Source: Candidatus Kapaibacteriota bacterium
GTDB taxonomy: Bacteria > Bacteroidota > Ignavibacteria > Kapaibacteriales > UBA961
Assembly: GCA_049426725.1 (NCBI GenBank)
Contig: JBMSYN010000003.1
Coordinates: 42,066 to 106,065, forward strand
Reading direction: 5' to 3'
Length of the DNA stretch: 64,000 nt
Numbering within the stretch: the first letter of the stretch is position 1; each line of letters starts with the position of its first letter. Shown one piece after another: positions 50,218-60,068 of this stretch. Both the position numbers and the translations under genes were made by a program. The notes under the pieces are model-generated. The model saw only the letters and a program-made list of their open reading frames with translations. It was not told the DNA's origin and did not search any database.

Positions 50218-52350
50218 TCAAAGTGTGATGATTGTACCTTGTTGCATTGATTCAACGGCTGCAATGCTTGCCTCTGTGACTTGGTGAATGCTCGCAAATG
50301 AAATAGGACAAGGATTTCCTGATTTCATGGCTTCAATGAATGCATGAACTTCTTCTTTATGTCCTTTTTTTCCATCATAAGTACGCTCTTTACTTTTCTT
50401 CCCGGCTGAGAAAACAACAGAGGTAAAATTCTTCATGATTGCTGATTTACCTTCAGCAAAAACTTCGCAATATTCCTTCTCAACAGATGGATCGCCATTT
50501 GCTAAATATAAAATGGTACCGATGCTGCCATCAGAAAAACGGATGGTTATATGGGTTGAATCATGATGCCCAATATGTCTGCCTTCATGAGATAAAGCAT
50601 TCGCATATACTGAAATTGGTTTGGCATTTGTGAGATAAACCATACAATCGATGAAATGACATGCCTCACCGATGATTCTTCCTCCTTGTTTTGGATCTTG
50701 AATCCAACTTGATAATGGAATTGCACCTGCATTCACGCGATACATCATAGAAAGTGGAGAAGTTCTCTCAGAGAAAAACTTTTTGATATCAACAAATGGT
50801 TTGGAAAATCTGCGATTGAATCCAACCATGACATTTCCACCATGTGATAGAATGGAAGATTCTATGGCTTTCAATTCTTCTCTTGTAACACATAATGGCT
50901 TCTCAACAAAAATTGGCTTATGATGCTGGAGAGCAGAGAGAACATACGCTGCATGTGAATCATGTCTGCTAGCACAAAACACTATATCAGTTTTGGGATC
51001 ACGAATGATGTCTTCAGAATTTGTGCTTGCATGAGCAAATCCATAATGCTTTGCAACAGAGAGTGCATTTGCAGGACTCGATGTTGAAACAGCATGCAAG
51101 CGAACACTGAGTGAACGCAATGGGGGAAGCAACTGCGCTTGCGCAAAACTTCCTGCGCCTATGAATCCAATTGCAGGATTATCTAATGGTGATGTCGAAG
51201 AATTGACGGTAACCATCGATTCCGGAATTGCATCAGGATTGTATAAAAGGGTAATACCCAAATGCGGTTCCGGATTTTTTCCGGATATGATGTCATAAGC
51301 ATGCAAGGCATCAGATATTGCAAATGTATGAGTTGTTAGATGATCGGTTTTGACCGAGCCTTGCTCCATCAAATCAATGAATGCCTGCATATTTCTTTGT
51401 TCTGTCCAGCGTACATATCCCGCGGGGTAATCAATGCCTTGCTCTTCATATAGTGGGTCATATCTTCCCGGACCATAACTACAGGATATTCTGAGATCCA
51501 ATTCTTTTTCATAGAATGGTGAACGCGGTATATTCATTGGAACTGCACCCACAATCACGATTGGACTTTTTTTGCGTGAGATATTCAAAGCCAATTGAAT
51601 GGGTGCTTCGGAATCAGTGCTGGCTGTGATGATGACGGCATCAGTTCCAATCCCTCTCGTGAAATGCATGATAGTAGAAACTGCATCTTGATTGCTTTGA
51701 AGTGCGATGTCGCATCCATGAAGTTTTGCTAGAGAGAGAACTTCATCATTCACATCAAGTCCAATCACCCTACAACCAGATGCCTTGAGCATCTGCACAG
51801 TCAATTGCCCAAGTAGTCCAAGTCCAATGACAGCAACTGTCTCACCTAAACGGAGATCCGCCTGGCGAATACCTTGAAGTGCAATTGCACCAAGCGTTGT
51901 ATAGGAAGCATCAATGAAGGAAACAGAATCAGGAAGTTTGACTGCAAGATTTTTGGGGACGCTTATGAATTCTGCATGATGTGCATATTGAGCTCCTGCG
52001 CATGAAACTCTGTCACCGGGAGAGAATTCTTCACATGTTGATTCAATCACAATTCCAGAGGCACTATAACCAAGAGTTTTATAGGAATCCAATTTCGCTT
52101 GAACGCGATCAATTGTTGATTTGATTCCATCTCTTTTGAGTGTATCAAGAACAAGCTTGACTTGTTCGGGTTGTTTCTTTGCTCTCTCCAGAAGTGAGGC
52201 TTGTCCACCGACAACGGAAGTTCTTTCTGTGCCGGCGCTTATGAGTGAGGCAGAAGTACGGACTAGGATCCCCCCTTCTTTACATTGTGGGGAAGGAACT
52301 TCGAGTAATGACATTTCGCCATTCTTTTGGTATTGTACAACTTGCAACAT
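50218..52350 (-). CDS. bi-domain oxidoreductase: MDR zinc-ADH-like N-terminal half fused to Gfo/Idh/MocA C-terminal half
   Basis: N-terminal half has the GroES-like/Rossmann pattern (VAVIGLGLLGQLTVQ). C-terminal half has the Gfo/Idh/MocA Rossmann (IGFIGAGSFAQAQ) and EKP motif (FVEKPL). Confidence 0.75.
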   Translation of the reverse strand: MLQVVQYQKNGEMSLLEVPSPQCKEGGILVRTSASLISAGTERTSVVGGQASLLERAKKQPEQVKLVLDTLKRDGIKSTIDRVQAKLDSYKTLGYSASGIVIESTCEEFSPGDRVSCAGAQYAHHAEFISVPKNLAVKLPDSVSFIDASYTTLGAIALQGIRQADLRLGETVAVIGLGLLGQLTVQMLKASGCRVIGLDVNDEVLSLAKLHGCDIALQSNQDAVSTIMHFTRGIGTDAVIITASTDSEAPIQLALNISRKKSPIVIVGAVPMNIPRSPFYEKELDLRISCSYGPGRYDPLYEEQGIDYPAGYVRWTEQRNMQAFIDLMEQGSVKTDHLTTHTFAISDALHAYDIISGKNPEPHLGITLLYNPDAIPESMVTVNSSTSPLDNPAIGFIGAGSFAQAQLLPPLRSLSVRLHAVSTSSPANALSVAKHYGFAHASTNSEDIIRDPKTDIVFCASRHDSHAAYVLSALQHHKPIFVEKPLCVTREELKAIESSILSHGGNVMVGFNRRFSKPFVDIKKFFSERTSPLSMMYRVNAGAIPLSSWIQDPKQGGRIIGEACHFIDCMVYLTNAKPISVYANALSHEGRHIGHHDSTHITIRFSDGSIGTILYLANGDPSVEKEYCEVFAEGKSAIMKNFTSVVFSAGKKSKERTYDGKKGHKEEVHAFIEAMKSGNPCPISFASIHQVTEASIAAVESMQQGTIITL

Positions 52351-52429
52351 GGTTGTTTACATCACATTCTGAATATGGCAAAAATAGGCAATTCAGGTGA
52401 ATATGCTTTTCTAACCATGGGAATATTCA

Positions 52430-55400
52430 TTATCTGATTACTTCCAATTTGCGAGTTGCTTTGTAGTGTCCTGCTTCCAAAACATAGAAATATGTGCCGC
52501 TTGAAAGACCAGATACATCCAAAAGCTGGGAATATTCACCTTTTTCGACAGTACTTGTTGAGCTTGAAATGGTTTTGATGAATGTACCATCAGAACTGTA
52601 GAGACTAAGAGTATATGCTACTTTTTCATTCAATACAAATCGTATTTCTGTATTGTTCATTGCTGGATTCGGTACATGTTGCATCAATGTGGGAAGGTCC
52701 GTATCAAATGACAATGTATGAAGACCACATTTTGGTGTGATGATGCATGTTGCATTTTCAAGCAGAGGAATAATGTTTACAAATGGCAATGAATCGGTTG
52801 TAACAATTATTGGTTCAATATACATTGAAGAGATTGCCGAGTCGGGAACAGCAATTGTAAAATTCACTTTTGCTAATTCACCTTTTTTGACTGAATCCAA
52901 TTGTTTGAACTGCAAAGTGAGATTTCCTGGTGCATAGATAATGTCAATGTTTTTCGATAATGATTGATCAATCGATTCATACTTTAACGCATTGGGGTTG
53001 TATTTCAATGTAAGTGCAAATGACACTGATTGCAGATAATAGGTGATTGAACGATAGCTGGTTGAAAAGTCCTCTCCGATGGATATAGGAACAGATACTT
53101 TATCGCCAAGAGCTCCGGAAACAGTGTCGATGATGCTAATTCTTTGTCCGATTGAAAATGGTACTTCCAGATTTGGAGCGAAGCCAATGCCTGCAACAGA
53201 ACTTGTGTCTGAAATCGTGCATGGTATTAGTGAGTTCACATCAATCTTCGAACTAATTGATGAGGAAGAACGAGGACAGAACCGGATGATGCATTGCAAA
53301 GTGTCATTTGGTTGAAGCAATGAATCAAGAGGAGGTGTTGAACCTATCAATGAAAAGCCTTTTGGAAGACCTATGATTGACGAAATCTTTATGGGAAGAT
53401 CTCCGTCATTCAAAATGCTCAATGTTGTGTCGATGCAATCCAAAATTCGCACGCTATCATAACTGGCGGCACCCAGTACTTTTAATGAAGATTGTTTGAT
53501 TACAACCTGGCCGGTATCAGGCTCTGCATAAATTCTGTATAGGATAACTTTTTCAGTGTCGAAGAATACACTATCAATGAAAATTGGAATTGAGGCACGT
53601 TTCTTCGTTTTTGACTGAAACAACGCTGTAAAAATGGGTTTCGTGGAATCTACTTTGCAGAAGTTCTTGACCTTTATCAATGTACCACGAGGGTATGTTG
53701 CAATTGAAATTCCCGGCGAATATTTTACATCACAAGAATTGGATAAGTAGGGGCTTTCAACTCCTATATATTGCAATTGGGTTGTGTCATGCTCCAAACC
53801 ACAGTGAATGTCGATCAACTCTGCAGGGATGTCTCTTGAAGCAAATACTGGTATCCTTACAGTATCGCATTGCGTGGCAGGGAAGGTATCTCTTAAGATT
53901 CTTTGATTGTCAAAAGTGAATGACATCCCAAATGGATTTGCTTGCCCAAGACCGGTTACCAAAATAGTTGTATCGGTTTCAGCACAAGGTTGACTTACAT
54001 GGAGAACAACTCTCGCTTGATATAATCTTGGAGCCCTAGGTTTGAAAAGCAGTTGAAATCGTAAAGTATCACCGCTTCTTAGTGTTACTTGAGTAAATGG
54101 GGTTCCATCAAATTTTGCAGCCGTGAATACTCTTTCATCCGGAAAAAATGAAATTGAATCAATCACAATGGGGAATTGATCCGGGTTCTTATCAAATGAT
54201 GGTATGGTTACTCTGCCCAATAATGGATTCAGTGTTGTATCCACCGGCGTTGGCGGAAATGTGAGCGAAATTGGTTCCGGTTTATATGTCAAAGCTCTTT
54301 TGCCTGCCAATACAACGCGGAAATTATTCTTTGACCAACCAGGTCCATAAGCTTTGATTCTGATTTGTGCTGCGCAATTGATGTATTTGTCTTCTGCAGG
54401 AGTTCTGGGACAGAATAAAACTTTTACTGTGTCTGTTGCATCTTTAGGTATCGTATAAGGTAATGTTCCCTTTGGAGAATAGGTAGAACTCCAACTCCAG
54501 AATTGGGGTGTTCCATTTGGAATGCCCGTACTGTCAATAATCAATGAATCTACAGTCATGCCATGCACAATGGATTGATTTACCAATGGCAGCCTTCTTT
54601 CTATGCAATCGCATGGTTTTGTATAACCCCAATTCATGAGTGAAATTGGTACATCAAGTGGAATGATGATGCCTCTGCCTGTCAATGACCCTTGTTCAGA
54701 AATTGGACATGGGTAATCTGAATAAGCTTTGATTATTCCATTATATGTTTTGGCTGAATCAGGCTTGAAACGTACTCTAACAAGTATGGAGTCTCTTGGA
54801 GCCATTACAGTGGGTATGGCTTTTGACATTGATACAATCGTGAAGCCTTGGGGTATCGTGAGTGAGTCTAATCGCACAGGTAGAAATGAGACATTTTCCA
54901 CAAGTATTGTTTGAGAAATTGTATCGCTTACTTCAACGGTGCCAAATGTTGTGAGTGGCGTAATAAATAGTTTTGGATTTGCAGAGGTTCCATAGAGTGG
55001 AGCAGACCACTTCACAGTATTTGATTCATAATTCAAAAAAGCTCGATCGGCTCTGTCTTTTGTGATATCATTTGGAGTGTATTTGAAAATGACACGTAGT
55101 TTGCCTCCAGTCGGAATGATCGTGTCAAGAGAAAGCAAATTAGGAGGCGAGATAATCGAATATTTTCCTGATGGATCTGCAAGTGCAAACTTTTGTACTC
55201 GCTGATTGAATGTTGCGATGTTCAATATGTCCAATGTGTCGAGTTGCTCACCACAACCTAAAACATTTTCTGTTTTCATCATGATTGGATCAAACTTGAA
55301 TGTTTCCAGAACACCTCTGCCTTTTACTTGAATGCAATCGGTTGTGAAACATCGAGTTTCAAAGAGACATAGTTTATCGACATATTGTGAATCTTTCAAT

Positions 55401-57448
55401 GGTTTGAAATCTATCTGAACATTTTTTGTTTCACCCGGGGCTATACTGAATGATCTGCCACCCGGAAAGAAAAACACTTCACCGACCTCGAAGTAAAATG
55501 AGATATTCAATGGATCAACAGCTTCATTTTTAATTGAAGCGATTATGCGTTTTTGTTGTCCAACGATGCAGTCACCGGAATCAATGATTCTGGCAGTCCA
55601 TCGTACTTTTGCTTCATATCCTGTTCCGGATAAATAGATCTTTTTCTCAAATGTGCAGGAAATTCCTCTTATTGTGTAGCGAATGATTGCTGAATCATTG
55701 TATTTGCCTGACCTTTGAGGAAAGAATCGAAAATAATTGGCTGAGTATCCTGTATTGGGATTCAAGACGGGTTTATTTCCAAGTTTTCTTCCTGTGAATC
55801 CTGCAGGCACAATGATCGTGTCTATTGTAATTGGACGCGAAGTGAGATTCTTCCAAACCCACATGCTTGGATTTGATAAAGTATTAATACATTCCACTCC
55901 CCAACGAACTGAATCAACTTTTCTGTTTCCTGCTTCATTGGTTATAGCCAATACTTCTCGCACAACACCTCTGACCGGAACTGTGATGAACTTAGGTTCG
56001 CATTTGTCTGTGGTGTTTATCGTGAGCGTATCAAAAAAGATATTTGATGTATCAGTTGGATTTACTCTAAACCTCACAACTATATCAACGCATTTACCAG
56101 GTTGAATAATTGCAGGAAGTGCAGGGGATAAAATGCTGAATCTTCCGGGAATTTTATTGACTATTGAGGTTATTGAAACAGCTCTTCCTTGTCCTGGTCC
56201 CAAGGAATCAGAATAATTGCAAATCTTGTATGTTGTGTCTTTAAAGGTTTGCGAAGGACAACCAACATATAATGTATCAAAATTGATTGGAGTTCTGGGG
56301 AAGGATAATTCCGTTTTTCTATTCAGGCGTATTGGAACAACTATTTCTCGTCCACAGGCATTTGTTGGTCTGATTTTTAAATCTGCAATCAGTGGTCCAA
56401 CTACACTCGTTCTTACTCTAACATTAATCGTATCAGGTTTGCCAGGCAATAGATTAGTTGAAGCTTTGTTGATGGTGAATGCATTTTTGTCAACATTGTC
56501 CATGATGAATGTTGCGCCGCTGCCACAAACAGAAGTATCAGTAATGATGAATGTAAATGTTTTTTCTTGCAAGCATTGTAATTCTTCTGTCACTGAAGTG
56601 GGTTGGACAATTACTTTTTGTTGTAATGCTCGATCAGAGGTTACACATCTTGTTCCGCTAAACATTGTACCATTGAAATTCTTACCTGTTGCATCGCAAA
56701 GTGAAACAACTCCATCTGCTTCATTGCATCTGTAATACAATGTCAGATTTGGTGTATTCCATGCAAGTGAATTTGACATATTACAATACAGTTCGGATGG
56801 CGATAAAGCCTTGTTCCAAAGTCGTATTTCATCCATTTGTCCTCTGAAAGTACGATTGATGGTTGTATTATCAGACAAACCATTTGTACTTCCAAACATT
56901 AATTTTAACCCTTGTTTTTCCGGTGGTCGCAGATATGAAGCAGGATAGGTTGGATTATTGGTAGGGCCTGCAACGAGCTCGCTATTCACATATATCGATA
57001 CGGTATTTGCAGCACCATTGAATATTGCAGCAATATGTGTCCACTTTCCAAAAAATGATGCAAAGGGAACGCTTGTTTTTGTATTATCAACACTACGAAG
57101 TTTTGTGCCATCGCCATTTACTTCGAAAACTAAATCATTGTTTTGATTGATGAATAATTGCCATGAATCATTATTGTCGAAGCTTGGCCCCCAAAGCCCA
57201 CCAAGAAACTGCACTGTATTGGGTAAACGATCAATTTTGACCCACATTTCGAGTGTCATTGCAGTTTGTTTTCTGTCGGGTATTGAATAGCCGGCAACTT
57301 CTACGAAATGCGCTCCTCTTCCACTATTAACAGACATTTGAACCGCTCTACCTATACAAGAGCGATCTTTATCACAGGCAGGTTGGGCAAATAGTCGAAA
57401 AGAGCATAAGCCAAGGAGCAAGAGAAATATTGGGGTAAAGTGCTTCAT
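52430..57448 (-). CDS. giant secreted protein with N-terminal LamG/concanavalin-like domain and C-terminal T9SS sorting domain
   Basis: Signal peptide. LamG-like region (LTLEMWVKIDRL...IRLWNKALSPSEL). About 1300 aa of repeated beta-rich modules. C-terminus ...GTYFYVLEAGHYKATRKLEVIR typical of a T9SS type-A CTD. Confidence 0.8.
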   Translation of the reverse strand: MKHFTPIFLLLLGLCSFRLFAQPACDKDRSCIGRAVQMSVNSGRGAHFVEVAGYSIPDRKQTAMTLEMWVKIDRLPNTVQFLGGLWGPSFDNNDSWQLFINQNNDLVFEVNGDGTKLRSVDNTKTSVPFASFFGKWTHIAAIFNGAANTVSIYVNSELVAGPTNNPTYPASYLRPPEKQGLKLMFGSTNGLSDNTTINRTFRGQMDEIRLWNKALSPSELYCNMSNSLAWNTPNLTLYYRCNEADGVVSLCDATGKNFNGTMFSGTRCVTSDRALQQKVIVQPTSVTEELQCLQEKTFTFIITDTSVCGSGATFIMDNVDKNAFTINKASTNLLPGKPDTINVRVRTSVVGPLIADLKIRPTNACGREIVVPIRLNRKTELSFPRTPINFDTLYVGCPSQTFKDTTYKICNYSDSLGPGQGRAVSITSIVNKIPGRFSILSPALPAIIQPGKCVDIVVRFRVNPTDTSNIFFDTLTINTTDKCEPKFITVPVRGVVREVLAITNEAGNRKVDSVRWGVECINTLSNPSMWVWKNLTSRPITIDTIIVPAGFTGRKLGNKPVLNPNTGYSANYFRFFPQRSGKYNDSAIIRYTIRGISCTFEKKIYLSGTGYEAKVRWTARIIDSGDCIVGQQKRIIASIKNEAVDPLNISFYFEVGEVFFFPGGRSFSIAPGETKNVQIDFKPLKDSQYVDKLCLFETRCFTTDCIQVKGRGVLETFKFDPIMMKTENVLGCGEQLDTLDILNIATFNQRVQKFALADPSGKYSIISPPNLLSLDTIIPTGGKLRVIFKYTPNDITKDRADRAFLNYESNTVKWSAPLYGTSANPKLFITPLTTFGTVEVSDTISQTILVENVSFLPVRLDSLTIPQGFTIVSMSKAIPTVMAPRDSILVRVRFKPDSAKTYNGIIKAYSDYPCPISEQGSLTGRGIIIPLDVPISLMNWGYTKPCDCIERRLPLVNQSIVHGMTVDSLIIDSTGIPNGTPQFWSWSSTYSPKGTLPYTIPKDATDTVKVLFCPRTPAEDKYINCAAQIRIKAYGPGWSKNNFRVVLAGKRALTYKPEPISLTFPPTPVDTTLNPLLGRVTIPSFDKNPDQFPIVIDSISFFPDERVFTAAKFDGTPFTQVTLRSGDTLRFQLLFKPRAPRLYQARVVLHVSQPCAETDTTILVTGLGQANPFGMSFTFDNQRILRDTFPATQCDTVRIPVFASRDIPAELIDIHCGLEHDTTQLQYIGVESPYLSNSCDVKYSPGISIATYPRGTLIKVKNFCKVDSTKPIFTALFQSKTKKRASIPIFIDSVFFDTEKVILYRIYAEPDTGQVVIKQSSLKVLGAASYDSVRILDCIDTTLSILNDGDLPIKISSIIGLPKGFSLIGSTPPLDSLLQPNDTLQCIIRFCPRSSSSISSKIDVNSLIPCTISDTSSVAGIGFAPNLEVPFSIGQRISIIDTVSGALGDKVSVPISIGEDFSTSYRSITYYLQSVSFALTLKYNPNALKYESIDQSLSKNIDIIYAPGNLTLQFKQLDSVKKGELAKVNFTIAVPDSAISSMYIEPIIVTTDSLPFVNIIPLLENATCIITPKCGLHTLSFDTDLPTLMQHVPNPAMNNTEIRFVLNEKVAYTLSLYSSDGTFIKTISSSTSTVEKGEYSQLLDVSGLSSGTYFYVLEAGHYKATRKLEVIR

Positions 57449-57476
57449 TGATTGTTTAAGGGTAGTATGTGTATGT

Positions 57477-58496
57477 TTATTCTATGTCGCTTTGAAAATA
57501 GGAAATCAATCGATCATCATGCAGAGAAGACAATTCATCAGTCTTTTTTTGTATTTCTTGTTCCAATGTTTCTGAAAATACATTTGCAGCATGATAGCCA
57601 TAGGTTTTAAGCAAATAATTCAGAGCAATCACTTCGGCAATAACCGTGACATTCTTTCCCGGAAAAATAGGAAGAATCACTCTAGAAACAGGAACTTGAA
57701 GAATCGAAAAAGGATCTTCATCGAGTCCAGTTCTTGTATAATTACCGTCTTTGTTCCATTCTTCGAGTTCTACCACTATTTCCAATCTTTTTTGGAAGCG
57801 TATGGCACGGATGCCGAACATTTTCTCAACATTTATGATACCGAGCCCTCGTATTTCCATGAAATGCTTTACGAGTGAAGTCCCAGTACCCATGAGTACA
57901 TTTTCGCGTTTTTTTGTGAGCATAATCACGTCATCTGCAACTAGGCGATGACCTCTTTCAATCAAGTCAAGAGCAATCTCACTCTTTCCAATTCCACTTC
58001 TACCATGAAGAAGAACCCCTACACCATAAATATCCACAAAAGAACCATGAACCACTGCCTGTTCGGCAAATTGATCTTCCAAGAAATCAGATAGCAAGGC
58101 AATGGTTTTTGTTGTTCCAAATGGTGTTTGAAACATAGCGATATTGTGTTGCTTTGCAATCTCGATGATTTCATTATCTATTACATGATCATTTGTTGCA
58201 ATAATGCAGGGAATATCAAACTCTGCCAAAGTTTTGAAAGACTTGATTCTATCTTCATGAGATAATGACTGAAGATAGTAAATTTCTGTATTTCCAAATA
58301 CTTGTACTCTATGATAAGTAAATAACCCCACAAAACCCGCTAAAGCCAATTGAGGGCGATGCAGACTCTTGTCGGTGATGAAATTATCAAGTCCAATTTC
58401 ACCCGTCAATTGCGTCCATTGAATTGGAGCTTTGAGGAGAAGTCTGACCGGAATCATTTCTTTGGAAATAGGTTTTATTTGATCGAGTAAGCTCAT
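57477..58496 (-). CDS. hprK: HPr kinase/phosphorylase
   Basis: Walker A in HprK context (LLHGRSGIGKSEIALDLIERGHRLVADD). 339 aa. Confidence 0.85.
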   Translation of the reverse strand: MSLLDQIKPISKEMIPVRLLLKAPIQWTQLTGEIGLDNFITDKSLHRPQLALAGFVGLFTYHRVQVFGNTEIYYLQSLSHEDRIKSFKTLAEFDIPCIIATNDHVIDNEIIEIAKQHNIAMFQTPFGTTKTIALLSDFLEDQFAEQAVVHGSFVDIYGVGVLLHGRSGIGKSEIALDLIERGHRLVADDVIMLTKKRENVLMGTGTSLVKHFMEIRGLGIINVEKMFGIRAIRFQKRLEIVVELEEWNKDGNYTRTGLDEDPFSILQVPVSRVILPIFPGKNVTVIAEVIALNYLLKTYGYHAANVFSETLEQEIQKKTDELSSLHDDRLISYFQSDIE

Positions 58497-58509
58497 GCAT
58501 TTTCCATAG

Positions 58510-58803
58510 TTACATTCTTCGATAGTCGGATTGTTTTTCTCTTAATCTGCGTAATTGTGATATCATTTTATCTGTGGCTGAATGAATCGCTTTATCAAAA
58601 TCATGTCCGGAATCTTTTGAACTGAGAACATGATGATTGACATGCACGATAAATTCTACTTCTTTATCATGTTCTTCAGATAGCACAACTTCTGTACTTG
58701 TAATTTGAGGATGTGCTTTTGAAAATTGTTCTGCTTTGTTTTTCAATGTCTCTTGCAATTCTGGCCAGGCTTTGAAATGTCTGGCTGTAATGGTGAAAAT
58801 CAT
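58510..58803 (-). CDS. hpf: ribosome hibernation promoting factor (HPF/RaiA, short form)
   Basis: Start MIFTITARHF. About 97 aa sigma-54 modulation protein fold. Confidence 0.7.
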   Translation of the reverse strand: MIFTITARHFKAWPELQETLKNKAEQFSKAHPQITSTEVVLSEEHDKEVEFIVHVNHHVLSSKDSGHDFDKAIHSATDKMISQLRRLREKQSDYRRM

Positions 58804-58823
58804 GATGTCCTCCTTGGAATAGA

Positions 58824-59735
58824 TTATAAAATTCGTTTTCCCATACATGATGCCACGATATCTGTGGCAAAGATTGCACTGGCATTCATATCATCCAAAA
58901 TTGGATTGACTTCGCTAACTTCAAATGAAGAGACAAGTCCGCTTTCTGCAGCCAATTCCATGATAAGATGTGCTTCTCTGAAAGATAGCCCACCCGGAAC
59001 AGGCGTCCCAACTCCTTTTGCAACACTTGGATCAACGCTATCTAAATCAAAACTTATATGGAGATGATCGACTGTCGATCTCATGCGTTCAAGCGTTCGC
59101 ATGGTGATATCATACATCCCATTTTTGTCAATCGATACCATTGTATGTACTGTAACTCCAACCTCGCGAATGAAGTCTCTCTCGCCCGGATCAATAGATC
59201 GAGCACCAATTATCACCAAATGTTCAGGCTTGATTTTGGGTCCGGGATAATGCAAATTCACAAGTTCATCAGCTCCATAACCCATTGAAATTGCAAGTGG
59301 CATTCCATGAATATTACCGGATGGAGTTGTATCTGGAGTATTCATGTCGGCATGTGCATCTATCCATAATACACCAAGAGTTTTGCCATGCTTCTTACAA
59401 TGACCGGAAATTCCGGCAATTGTTCCAATACCCATTGCATGGTCACCTCCAATGATCAAAGGGAAACCATTATTGTCCAATACGGATTCAACTTTCGAAG
59501 CAAGTAATGTATTAGCATCTTTGATGCTAGGCAAGAACTTCAATGTATCGCTGTATATGTCACTTGTTTCTTGATTTGCGACTGGAATATCCCCTTCATC
59601 TATGATTCTGTAGCCCAATGAACGAATTTTTTCTGCAAGCCCCGCGATTCGCAAAGCTGATGGACCCATGTCTACACCCCTTCTGCCGGATCCAAGATCC
59701 ATAGGGAACCCAATGATATGTACTGATTTATCCAT
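58824..59735 (-). CDS. rocF: arginase/agmatinase-family ureohydrolase (arginase-like)
   Basis: Mn-binding motifs (GGDHAMGIGT, DAHADMNTP, SFDLDSVDP). Confidence 0.8.
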   Translation of the reverse strand: MDKSVHIIGFPMDLGSGRRGVDMGPSALRIAGLAEKIRSLGYRIIDEGDIPVANQETSDIYSDTLKFLPSIKDANTLLASKVESVLDNNGFPLIIGGDHAMGIGTIAGISGHCKKHGKTLGVLWIDAHADMNTPDTTPSGNIHGMPLAISMGYGADELVNLHYPGPKIKPEHLVIIGARSIDPGERDFIREVGVTVHTMVSIDKNGMYDITMRTLERMRSTVDHLHISFDLDSVDPSVAKGVGTPVPGGLSFREAHLIMELAAESGLVSSFEVSEVNPILDDMNASAIFATDIVASCMGKRIL

Positions 59736-59889
59736 AAATGCTGCTTATCTATTACTTATGGTGAATGAATAACCTCACAGAAAATACGGGAAAAGACTGA
59801 ACCCTCAAAAACAGAAGAAAAAACCTTTGATGCAAACTGATTTTGGATGCTATTATTGGCTAAAATTCAGTAATTTTGCAATACATAAT

Positions 59890-59974
59890 GCCCGGGTGGC
59901 GAAATGGCAGACGCACGAGACTTAAAATCTCGGGTATGGCAACGTACGTGCGGGTTCGAGTCCCGCCCCGGGCA
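59890..59974 (+). tRNA. tRNA-Leu (anticodon UAA), no encoded CCA
   Basis: Acceptor stem GCCCGGG/CCCGGGC. Anticodon loop CTTAAAA gives UAA. Long variable arm. T-arm GCGGGTTCGAGTCCCGC. Confidence 0.9.
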
Positions 59975-60068
59975 CAATGATCGATGTTTTTCTCGATACA
60001 GAACTTGTTTGTGATGCAGTATTTGCATTCACCGGCATGTATTGATTATATAACACAAGAGCTATCCA

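Noticed and set aside
56217-56735. 172-aa plus-strand ORF
   Set aside because: Embedded antisense within the 1672-aa T9SS cargo gene, so it is a spurious frame.
59736-60068. tRNA-Leu as an integration site for a genomic island or mobile element
   Set aside because: No integrase, transposase, direct repeat of the tRNA 3-prime end or compositional shift is visible on either side. The flanking genes are core metabolism.
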